Below, piece after piece: positions 1 to 11,125 of a stretch of 64,000 nt of DNA. The notes under the pieces were generated by a model. The model did not search any database and had not been told where the DNA came from. It saw nothing but the letters and a program-made list of their open reading frames with translations. Position 1 is the stretch's first letter, and each line of letters opens with the position of its first letter. The translations under genes and the position numbers were made by a program. Source of the stretch: Moniliella sp. 'wahieum' (Eukaryota); NCBI GenBank assembly GCA_003971905.1, contig RSEE01000132.1, positions 1 through 64,000 on the forward strand. The letters run 5' to 3'.

Positions 1-562
1 TTTGGGGGGGGAAACTTTATAGCCAGATGCTTTATATTCAGTGGGAAGGAGAACACACCATGGAATGATTAAGAACTTGCCTAGGAAAGCTGATCCTTCT
101 CACGACATATATATATCTACGAGACGCTCCATCTATTCGTATCCTCCCCGCATGTTGCATTTGTTGGTTTTGCAACGAGAGTATTTGTATATGGTCTCGC
201 GTGAACGTTGAAACGTAAGCGTCACGAAGGGTCCCAGCTTGCTGGCGTCCAGCTAATTGGGGGGGTGACCCGGTGACGATCCGACAGCAAAGTTTCGGAC
301 GAGCAAGAGCCTCTGTTGGAATATATTAGGCGGTACCCCTCGAGTTACTAGATCACAGCTACTTTTGGCCTCCTCTGTGGAATTGCATCACCAGCTCGCG
401 GTGGGCAGCCTGATTCATCGATAATACAGATCCAATAATGTGCTTAGGGCAGCTCTGAACCGTAAGCGCTAAGATCAGTCTAAGGAAACATCAGTGTCTA
501 GGTTTTGGTGCTAGAGTGCGACTTGGGAGCACTCGCGATCCTATGGATCAGCTGCAAAGCAG

Positions 563-712
563 CCTTCAGACAAGGCGTGAAGGCAAAGTGGTGAGCCACA
601 AGTCTTCAAGCAACGCCTCATTGTGAGAGCAACAGGTCAAGAAAGGAAGCAGAGGCGTACCTTCAGACAAGGCGTGAAGGCAAAGTGGTGAGCCACAAGT
701 CTTCAAGCAACG
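563..712. repeat. Perfect 53-bp direct repeat (563-615 and 660-712)
   Basis: ccttcagacaaggcgtgaaggcaaagtggtgagccacaagtcttcaagcaacg occurs twice, 97 bp apart. Confidence 0.95.
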
Positions 713-1106
713 TCTGAAGGGAAGGAGAAAGGAGAGAGAGAAGGGAGATGGAGCGAGCAGGGCGTGCGCGGCCTGCGAGCGGAACGCTTCCGCTCGGCTA
801 GCGAGCGTCACCGATCCATTGAGGGCCGCGCAGGAGAACCCTAGCAGTACCCTCTAACATGTGGAGCTTATAGGCACGTCTCTAGTGTCATGACATGCAT
901 GACAGGAGACCAAGTATTGTGATCTTCTCAAGGCTCCCATTTGAGGCGCCTCCAAATTCCGCCCGCTGGGCGGCAGGGCTAGGCATTGCACCGATCCAGC
1001 CCTAACATGAAAACAAAACAATTTCCTGCTTGAATTGCCGGAATTATCGAGGCATTTTCTGCCGTTCTTCTGGCCTGGTAGACTGCCACCACTGCGACTG
1101 CCCATC

Positions 1107-2030
1107 ATGCCCGCCAAGCCCACGCCCAACGACATTGTCCTCACCCTTGCCTGCCCCGACCGCAACGGGATCGTGTTTGCCGTCACCGGTTTCCTTGCCC
1201 ACCGTGGCTTCAATATTATTCAGTCCGACCAGTTTGGCGACCCCACCACCCACCGTTTCTTCATGCGTGTCCACGCCGCAGGCCTCGACGCCGCCAAGGA
1301 TGCCGCTGCTCCTGCCGAGGAGGACGACGCAGCACGCGAAGACGCGTTGAAACTCTCCGCGCCAATTTGCCTCTGAGCTCGCCACTGAGTACGCCATGGA
1401 CTTCCACATTCACCGCGCTGATGCTCGCCCCGTACGCTCATCATGGTCAGCAAGATTGGCCACTGCCTCAACGACCTGCTCTTCCGTCACAGCACTGGCA
1501 CCCTCCCAATTGAAATTCCGTTGATTGTTTCCAACCACACCACGTATCAATCGTTGGCCGAACGGCATGGAATCCCCTTCTACCACTTGCCCATCGACGC
1601 CGCCGCTGGCAAGACCAAGGAGTGGCAGGAAGAGCAGCTGATGCAGCTCGTTAAGCAGTACAATGTTGAACTTGTTGTTCTCGCCCGGTACATGCAGATC
1701 CTCAGTGACAAGCTCTGTTCCGCTCTGTCGGGCCAAATTATCAACATTCACCACTCTTTCCTGCCCTCGTTCAAGGGCGCCAAGCCTTACCACCAGGCCT
1801 ACGAACGCGGGGTCAAGATCATTGGCGCTACCGCCCACCTCGTCACTGCCGATCTCGATGAAGGTCCAATTATTGAGCAGGATGTGGAGCGCGTCACTCA
1901 CGCCGATTCCCCCGCCACCTTGGTTCAAATCGGCGCCGACATTGAGGCCCGCGTACTCAGCCGTGCTGTGCGCTGGATGGCTGAGCACCGCATCCTGCCC
2001 AATGGACCCAAGACGGTTGTCTTTGTTTAA
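1107..2030 (+). CDS. purU: Formyltetrahydrofolate deformylase (ACT + formyltransferase domains); one apparent indel near 1360-1380
   Basis: N-terminal LTLACPDRNGIVFAV...FFMRV; MVSKIGHCLNDLL; LARYMQILS; INIHHSFLPSFKGAKPYHQAYERGVKIIGATAH; LDEGPIIEQ. Confidence 0.93.
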
Positions 2031-2288
2031 ACAACCCTTTCCGGCTCTTTTCCCTAGAACGCCCCCCCCCCCCCCCCCCACCAGTTCACCCCTCATCTTC
2101 TAGTGCGTTCAGCATATTGTATTCTGTCCTGTACCCATCAGGATCACTGCATACATCCCAACCTATTCGTCTACGTCGTTGCAGCCAGTAGTTGTATGGA
2201 ATAAAAGTCATAATGACAACCCTTGTGGCTAGTCGACATGTTAGTACTGCCCAGTGTCGAGGTCAAACTGCCAGTTCAGGGTTGTGGT

Positions 2289-5200
2289 TTACGAGGCGAA
2301 TAGGGTCAACTGAATGGGACGAACAAGAGACTGGTAGAGGTCGAGCCGGACCAGTTCGACCAGCTCGGATGGGGTATCGCGCCACGCAACATAGGCGGCG
2401 CCCAGAACAAGTCCAACGCAAAGGAACACATCGGGATGAATGGGCGGAATATGCGCTTCGTCACCTGGAGCACAATCGAAATGAAGCCCAGCACGCGGGC
2501 AGGCCAACCCAACAACTCCCAGACCGCACCCGAAGAGAAGGCTGGGCCTGCGGCACCGCCTCCCACGGAGCCCAGGGGGGCGCATAAATGCCATAAACCA
2601 AGTCATCATCTGGCGCGTCTGACTTGATCGATTGAATGGCGAGGTCGGCTTCCATTGGGCCCGTTTCCTCCCCAAGTTCCTGAGCCACTTCCACGGCCCG
2701 ATGGTGCTCTGCAGCGTTCGAAGTTTCACGGCTGGATGGAGTGGAGGGGATATTGATGGTGGTCACATCAACCTCCTCCAAAGTAGTGTCTCCCTCCCCA
2801 CTCATCTCCGCGATACGCACTTCGAGGTTGCAAGAGGGATCCGGCTCAGGAATAGTGTCCGCCTCTGGGGGCGAGATCTTACTATCGCCATCAACAATGA
2901 AGGTGTCAGGCGCGGGTTCTTGGAGGGAAATATATGTTGTCCCATCAGTGACCGTCGAGAGAATGAGGCGGTCACCATCGACGATCGGCTGCTCCTCCCA
3001 AACATCTTCTTTGTCCAAGTCTCCCTCGGGGTCCATCCCGTCCGTCGGTGCCAAAGCCCCCTCTTTCCCCATAGCGGCCAGAGCGGTGCGTAGAATTTCA
3101 AGCTCAGGACCCTGTTCCGAAGCAATGTTGCCGTTGATATCGAGGTAGTGCAGAGCGGGCCATGCACCTTGTTCGATGGTCGCAGCAAGCGTGGTAAGGG
3201 AGGCGCCTACGAGTTCACAGAACTGAAGTTCCAACCGGGTCAGGTGCGGCGTAGTTCCCTTCGCCAGAGCATCGACAAGCATTAGGCTTCCACGAGGACG
3301 CATACGGCATCCGCCCAAACGCAGCTCCCGTAGCAGGGGCCAAGACTTGAGTGCATTGGCAATCGCCCGTGCACCCCGGAGATTGGCCAAGTTGTCACTC
3401 AGGTCAAGAATGGCAAGGTTCGAGTTGTGCGCAAGGCCCAGGACTAGGTCTTCGAACGCCCTCAATTCAAGCCGGTTTTCTTTCATTTGTCTCCTCCAGA
3501 CCGGGGTGAGCTTCAAACACGTTTCGCCATGAAGCCACACCTCCCTCCTCCAGTTTCTGGCCGGAGTAGTGGAGCACTCGCAGCAAAGATCCTCCCGGAG
3601 ACTTGTGGCAGCACCGCGCGTGATTGCTTGGGCCACTACACCCCCAGCCTCAGAATCGAGTCCGTTGTTGGACAATTTGAGGGCATGTAGACTACCCGAT
3701 TGCTCCAACAGGGGAACGAGAGACATGAAGCTGTTCTCATCCAAACCGTTGTTCGACAAGTTTACCTCCTCCAGGGACCCTTGAGCCAACGATGCCAGTA
3801 CCGGAACCAGCAAGTCAAGGGAGTCCGTGATGTCGTCTGCCCCGCAGTTGGTGAACATGCCCGACAAGTCCATCAACCGCAACTTGGTCTGCGTCTTGAG
3901 AAGCTCGGCCAGAACTTGACACCCGCCTACACCCCACGTGTTCCCTCCCAAGTACACTTCTTCCACCTGCGAGGTCGCAAGGGGTTTGAGGTGAGGCTCA
4001 GCTTCGGTAGCCGTAGTGAGCAACAAGTGGTTGCCTGCAATGCTAAAAATACGCGAAGGACATATATCCTCCGAGGGAAGCTGCGCAACCAGATCAGCGG
4101 GTGCCCCGACTTGCGCAGAGAGAGTGGGCGACTGGGCAGAGCATGTGGAGGTTGATTGAAATACTTGATCCTTCACGGTTGTGGTGGAATCCACCACCCC
4201 CTTGTCCGCCTCATATTTGACCGGTACTTCCACCTCAGTTGCTTCTGCGTTTTTCAGAGCGTCATCGTTCGGAATAAACTGCACCACGGCAAATGTCAGA
4301 CTCTGCACAACACAGGCGATGGAGAAAGCCACATACCTCTTTTGATAGTTCACCCTGTTCGCTGTCGCTCGACTCGTGCATCGTCGAGCTATCGTCGTTG
4401 TCGCTCTCAATATCGCCTTCTCCCTCCGGATCCATCTCATCCGTGTCACCAAGCGCGTCAGGTCGGCCCAGTGCGGCGAGAGCATCACGCAGCTTTTCAA
4501 GCTCGGGACCGTCCTCTTCAGCAAAGTTCCCATTGACGTCCAACCGGTCCAACGCCAGCTTGTGCAGCGCAATCACGTCGGCCAGCTCGAGCAGAAGACG
4601 ACCAGGGATGTCGCATAAGTCCAGACCCAGGCGGCGTAGCTTTTTGGGGGCGGCATTACGCAGCGCGTCGATAACCAGCCGCGCACCCTCGGGGCGAAGC
4701 AGCGTCTCGCTCAGCTGCAGTTCCTCCAGCTCGGGCCAATTGGCCAGCGCCAGTGCGACCGCACGAGAACCGCGAAGCGTTGCTGTGTTATCTTGCAGAT
4801 CCACGACCCTCAACTTGGGGTTGGCGGCCAAACCGTTGGATACTAGCTCTGCCACGCCCTTCATCCTGATCCCGTTCTGGTGCATTCGGACCACTTCCCG
4901 TCCCATGGGCAGCCAGAGCACGGGCAAACGCTGCCGCACTTCCGTTCTCTAGCCGGTTGCGGCCAATAATCAGGACTTGAGCTTGGATTGCTGGCCAGCC
5001 TGCTTGGCACGCTCGGCACTGCGGGCCAAGGCGTCTGCCACGACATTCCCGCCTGCCGGCCCGAGTCCATTATTTTCCAGCTTGAGCACCCGGAGTGAAT
5101 GGGCCTGCTCCAGGAGAGGCACCAGGGGAAGAACAGTCCTCTCACCCAACGCGTTGTCGGACAAGTCCACCTCTTCTAATTGGCCGTGTGGTGGCACGAG

Positions 5201-6968
5201 GCGCGCCAACACCAAGCAAATTGCCTTCAGGGCGAGTGGGATCTCAGTGATCATTCGTCCCGTGAACAGATCGTCCAGCCGGGCTGATCTGAGCGTTGTG
5301 ATCGTAGCCAGTGTGTCGGCGAAGGCCTCGGCGGCCTCGACTCCCATCGTGTTCCCACCCATGACCACTTGCTCAACGCCGACTTGGGCGCGCAAGGTAC
5401 ACAGATACGGCTCGATGTCGCTTGCCGTTTCTAACGAAGACCTTTGCCTTGAATGGAGAAAATCGGTTGGGCTGGACCAAAGATGCTTCGTCCCCATTTT
5501 CGTCGGGGACGGGGATATCATGGGGTATGGCATCGGGGGCATCATCCACTCGTCAATGTTAGACTTCTCCTCGCTGTCCTCTTCGGGGTTTACCTCGGTC
5601 TCCTTCTCGATCGCCTCCGGGTTCTCATCGATCGCCTCGGGTCTCCTCGACCACCTCCGGGTTCTCGACCACCTCCGGGTTCTCCTCGACCACCTCCGGG
5701 TTCTCCCGATCGCCTCTGGGTTCTCCTCGATCGCCTCTGTTTCCTCCTCAATCGCCTCCGTTGTTTCCTCGATCGCCTCCATTTTGTCCTCGATCGTCTC
5801 GGCCCCCTCGTCCTGGACCACGACCTCGTCCGGAGCATCACTTAGATCATCATCTGAAATATCGGACAAAGGTGTCTCATCCACCTCTGTAACATCCACC
5901 AATGCGCTGCCCAGGCCTTGCGCTTCCAGCGCTTGACGCAATGCCTCAATCTCTGGCCCTTCCCCATCCACCAAGTTGCTGTTCACGTCCAGATGAGTGA
6001 GACGGGGCCAAGGATTGGAGGCGATCAGGTGGGATAATGCCATAATGTTTGCCGGGCTGAGCTCACAACAACTCAACCCGATCTGGGTGAGGGATGCATG
6101 CCGTTCGACCAACAGCGCGTCCATCAAGAGCTGACCTCCTTTAGGCCGAAGAAGTGTATCAGTCAAGTGGAGCTTCTCGAGGTTGGGCCAGAATCGGAGA
6201 CATTCAGCAACAGCCTTGGCACCGCGTAAGGTGGCAGTGTTGTCACCAAGGTCGAGAATGCGCAAATGGGGGTTCTTGGCGAGGCCCGAGCGCACGATCA
6301 CCTCAAATCCTTGCATGCGGATCCCGTTCTGTTCCATACGCACTTCTTGCAAGGTGCCGTGCGCGGCGAGCGCACGCGCCCAGTTCAATGCGCTGCCATC
6401 CTCCAGCCGATTGCGCCCGCATTCAAGCACCTGCAACTGAGACGACTCGCCTTGGGCGCAGCTTTCTGGGCGCCACGGGCCAACGCATCAGCCACAACGA
6501 TACCTGCCTCGGGCCCCAGACCATTGTTGTTAAGCCTGAGAACACGGAGACCGTTGGCAGCCTCGAGGAGAGGGACGAGCGGCGAGCATACACGTTCGCC
6601 AAATGCATTGTCGGACAAGTTGACCTGCTCCAGTGCCCCGCCAGGGGCACGAGGCTGGTGAGGGCAGTGCAGAGCGCAGTGAGCGCGCCGGGGATCTCGT
6701 CGATGCTGCGGCTGGTAAAGATGTTGGACAGATCAATGGAGCGGAGAGAGGTACAGGTGGCGAGAACCGTAGCGAGCGCCTGGGCGGCAGGGACGCCGAT
6801 GGTGTTGTCGCTGAGGCGCACCTCGTCGACAGCGCCGCGTTGGGCTAGCTCTGCGAGCTCGGCGGCATACGTGGCTGCATCCTCAGCGGAATCGAGGGTG
6901 AGGCCGCGTCCAGCAAGCGAGAAGATGCGCGGGGCGCTCTCGGCGTCACTCTCGGCAGCGCCAGACAT
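2289..6968 (-). CDS. Ran GTPase-activating protein (Rna1/RanGAP)-like, with three tandem LRR modules separated by acidic linkers; 3' end uncertain (2289-2461)
   Basis: Motifs NIFTSR/DLFTGR..EIP, LSDNAFG/LSDNALG, LNNNGLGP, GRNRLE, QNGIR and DLxDNT in ORFs 6423-6968, 6385-6618, 4970-6436, 4262-4939 and 2461-4572; in-frame intron 4279-4336 (GTATGT..CTGAC..CAG). Confidence 0.85.
5604..5800 (-). repeat. ~21-bp coding tandem repeat encoding acidic EAIEE(N/T/E)(P/T) units in the RanGAP linker
   Basis: Repeated tcgatcgcctccgggttctc-like units; translation EAIEETTEAIEEETEAIEENPEAI. Confidence 0.85.
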
Positions 6969-7230
6969 GAGCAGCGCGTGCGTGGCGGTGGAGGCAGCAG
7001 CGCACGGCGGGGCTTCGATCGGCGCCTGGAGCAGCCTCAGGCCGGAGGCCGCGCGAGGACGCTAAGAAAAACCGCAGATTTTAATCAGGCAGCTCGCGAG
7101 TGTGTTGGCTTGTTAATTACGTTAATTGTCCTCTGTCTGTCCGCCATCGCGTCCATCCCGACGGGGATCGTGTGGCAAGAATAGATTACGCAAAAGCTAC
7201 GCCTCGTCTGGATCTGAATACGTCGTGCGG

Positions 7231-9871
7231 TCACGCAGCCGCGCACGCCGCAGCCCGCCGCGCCAGGCCCAGCCCGAGCCAGCTCGTGAGGCGGCCTCGT
7301 TGGACGAGGTTGTCGCGGGGGGTGCGCTCTCGTCGCCCGACGCGGCGCTCGACCGACAGCAACAGAGGCAGACGCAGCACCAGCACCAGCAGCACTAGCA
7401 CCAGCACCAGATGCCGACGGAGCAGCAGAAGAAACACCCACCGTGTCTTCGTCTTCCCTCTGTGGTAGCAGGCTGCTTCCTACTGGAGCACTCGTGGTAT
7501 CCACGCTCCGTACTGGCACGCCAACGCTCGGCTCAGTTGAGCCCGCTGCCTGAGGGGGCTCGGACGCCGTGGGCGCTGCGATGGCCGTGGCTGCGGTGGG
7601 AGGGGACGGTGGCCGAGATGGCGAGACAGGGACCGCTTCTGCTGCAACTTCAGGTTGTGCTTCAGGGTGCGAATCGCGACGAGCGAGTTGACGTTCGCGC
7701 TCCAGTCGCTCGGCGTAATCGTCGGGCGGCCCATTCGGCCCGGCGCTCTTCGTCTCGGGCCAGCAGGTCCAACTGCGCGCTAATCCACTCCTCGTCTGAT
7801 GCGGCCTCTGGACGTGCCCCATTCCCAACCCCAACGGAACGTAAACGCGTAGATCTGCCAGGAGGCGGTGTTGCTGGTGGCAATGTGTAGTCCTCCTCCC
7901 GATGTCCTGCTGCGTCACCTCGTCGCTCGTGGCGAGAGCGGTGCCGGTGTCTCCTATGTCGTCGGGAGGAGGTGTGGGTGTGCTCTCGAGGGTGCGGACG
8001 CGAGTGGGAGAGAGAGCTCCGTTGGCTGTGAAACGACACCATGTCTGGTAACGAGTTTGCCTCCTCGTCCTCCTCTCCATCCTCGTCATCCTCGTTATCC
8101 GACCGGGGCGGCGGTGGCGCTGTTGTCGCTTTTGCAGCACTTGGTCCCGCAATGCAGTCTGATGCGTCGCAGCGCTCCGAGCTGCGCAAAGTGCGCCACG
8201 CGTAGTCGACGGAACCGATCGGTAAAGAAGGTGGCTGGAGGCTGCGGAGCGGGCATGCCGCGCCGCTTGGAACAATGTATCTGCTGCTCTCGCTGTGGAA
8301 CTCGTAGCCGGGAGGGGCAGCGTCGTAACACTCTCCTCTCTCCAGGCTACGTCCGATGGAGGAATGCTCCCCGGCAAAGAGATGCGGCGTTGACTGAGCG
8401 ATGCTCTTGGCCCATCCACCTGTGCCATTTCCTCGTCCTCGGGGGTAGCAGGATTAGGTGGTACTGGTTGATCCGTGGCAGGTGATGGAATGCCATCTAC
8501 TTCGGTCACAGACGGGTGCGTGGGCGAAGACTGGAACGAGTCGAATGGGGACGTGAAGCAACGGACCCCACGGCTGGTCGGGACACCAAAGAGGAGCACG
8601 AGATGGGTGCCGGCGTGGCCGGAGCGAGGCGGAGGGACGGCGGGAGTTACTCGATAGATGGGATGAGATGCGAGCCAATGACGAGTCGGGCTGAGCAAGG
8701 CTGTCACGGCGTGTGAGCCGTCGTGTTCATCGCTGGCCATACCATCAACCGGTCCATCTTGAGCCGCAGAGCGCAGTTGGGCCTTGCGCGCTGCTCGCTT
8801 GGCCGATCGCATTTCCCGATCTTCCACTTCTCCAATGCCCATCCCAGCCCCGACCCCCACCAAAAGCCAAGCCAGGACTGCCAAACGGTCAATGTCCAGC
8901 CAATCTGGGGAAGCCACCACAAACGATCCCACTTGATTCCGAGAAAATTCAGCAACGCCGTAATAAAGGCGAGACCGCTAGCGCCCATGCCAAAAATGGC
9001 CGTGCCCCCATCCGTGCGCCAGGCACGGCGTCGGTTGACAAGCAAGCCCCAAATCAGCAGGGCGCAGAGGTACAGTAGCGAAAGTGTACTGTTGCAGATG
9101 TTTCGAAATGCATCGCCCAGATCGAGTGCTTTTCATCGTCAGGCGGCGCCATGTCAGTAAAGAGCAGCGCGCTGCGCAGAAAGCAAGCGGGCCAAGCATC
9201 CAAAGGATGAGGCGGCGCTCAAGGTTGGATGGATAAAGGAGGGTGAGGAACTGAATGTGGGTGGTGTACAGCAAGGGTGAGGATGGCCTGGAGCACGTGT
9301 GTAGCAGGCGACCTGGGCATCGGACCATTCTCCCGTGGGCGGCGGGATCTCCATGTTGATGTAGGGAAACATGTATGGATACTTGTACGAGCGCTCCGCC
9401 GCGGTCCACAGGAGCACGCCCACGTCGCATGCCACGTCGACCACGAGACAGAAACAGGAGAATGCCTGCATGCAGAAGTTGACTTTGGAAAGGGGGTAGT
9501 GGTAGCGACCAGTAAAGGCGAGATGAAATCCAAGCATGACCGCCAGGGACAGGCTGATGACCACCGAGCAGCACCTGCACGGGCATGCTCCAGATGAAGT
9601 CGGGCATCAGCGCGAGAGGAGGGGATCGTTGGGGTCATTTGGATCAAGCGTTGGCCGAGGCTGGCCATCATAGTCGGATACGGTGGTGGGGAGACTGGCG
9701 AGTTGTTGCGCGGGGAGAGAGAGGGAGTGGGTGGGGGTGGGTGGGGAAGGAGTGGCCGAGGGCGGCGAGCAGGGCGATGGCGAGGATGGCGATGACCGTG
9801 ATGCGCGTGCATGTGCGGACGCGGACCAGGCCGGCGCGCATCCTGAGGGGTGAGAGCGTTGGGATTGACAA
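7231..9871 (-). CDS. Multi-pass membrane protein, PalH/RIM21-like, with a long disordered C-terminal tail; frameshifted, ends approximate
   Basis: Successive hydrophobic segments: FHLAFTGRYHYPLSKVNFCMQ, YPYMFPYINMEIPPP, THIQFLTLLYPSNLERRLILWMLGPL, RRAWRTDGGTAIFG, WQSWLGFWW; family assignment from recall of similar basidiomycete proteins. Confidence 0.55.
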
Positions 9872-11125
9872 CTGGTGGTGGTGGTGGTGTGGTTGGCGGC
9901 GGCGGTGGTGGTGGTGGCGGTCGAGTTGGCGTTCGTCCAGCGGCTGGAGGAGGCGGTGCGATGCGGCGAACAGCCATCACATCACACATCCTAATCACAC
10001 ACCCTCGACCCTAACCTCTGGCTTAGGTAATGCACTACAGTCACCCGTGCGGTGATTTACCCCACCTTGCCACCCGTATTCATCACGTCCACATCACAGC
10101 CTTCGCCTATGCGATCGGAAGACAGTACACCCACCCCTGATTATGGGTGGTTCGACCATATCTCGATTAACCCACGGGAAACGATACGCCGGCGATGATC
10201 TGACCCAAGGGGAGCTCCATATCCGCCTGAAGATGGCAGGTCCATGTTAATACAAGGGTGGGCCAGTGCAAGTCATATACTTGTCTCTGGGCAAAATACA
10301 AGTCGAAAACCGGAGAGCGGGGCCTTGGGACAAAGAGTAAAAGCGTATACAGTCGATGAATTGTCACAGTCGGGGCTAAGGCGAGGGAGACCAGGATCGG
10401 ACTAGGCCAAGGGGTGTAGCATCGTTCGTGGGGAAGAAGCAAGAACAGAGGACATGGTGCGAAGTGGAAGGAACAGGGAAGGAGCGAGACGCTCGAGACG
10501 AAGAAATTGGAAGATGGGAGCGAGATCAGCCAAACTATGACTATCCCTCAGCGCCTCAGCGAAGGATACGACCGATTTTTGAGCATTGTGGTCTTATTAC
10601 GCTTTTCTTGCTTTCAGTATGCTGTGAAGATTATGAGAGAATGGAAGAGCAGAACGAGCACAACCCGGAGGCACTTGCACCACCCTTGCTCAGGGAGATG
10701 GAACCCAGAGGCTTGTTGTGCGTGGTGGGGGATTGGGTACCACAGGACACCCGTTACTATAGCTTTCTCAGACTAAGTTTCCTTTCATTCAGCTGCCACT
10801 GCATGGGGAGGGGCTTTTTTGCCAGGTCAGCCGTGGTTTGAGTAGTAAGTAGACCAAGGCAGGGGGGCCCGGATCTCACCCCCCCATACCCACCCGATCA
10901 AGACATAGTTCCACTATCCCACTTCTGCCTCTACTATCTCATCCTTTCCCGGGGAAACACGCCAAGACACTTCAATTCAATACAGGGCAGTTCAGGTCAG
11001 GGTCCAGTTTGAGGTGCAGGCCCAGAATCAGGTACATGTGTAAGTAGGTGTAGGTACCTGCCCACATCCACACTTCACTTCTCCATAAGTTCTTTTTTTA
11101 CCCCCCTTCCCTCCTCCACCGCTTC

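Noticed and set aside
563..712. CRISPR-like repeat-spacer-repeat
   Set aside because: Only two copies, 53 bp long, in a eukaryotic context with no cas genes.
4977..5936. Long antisense ORFs (e.g. 1410-2096, 4977-5936, 12471-13376, 22884-23957)
   Set aside because: Shadow ORFs of real genes, expected in GC-rich DNA.
10428..10841. Short ORFs between the PalH-like and PriB-like genes
   Set aside because: No recognisable motif; coding status cannot be supported.
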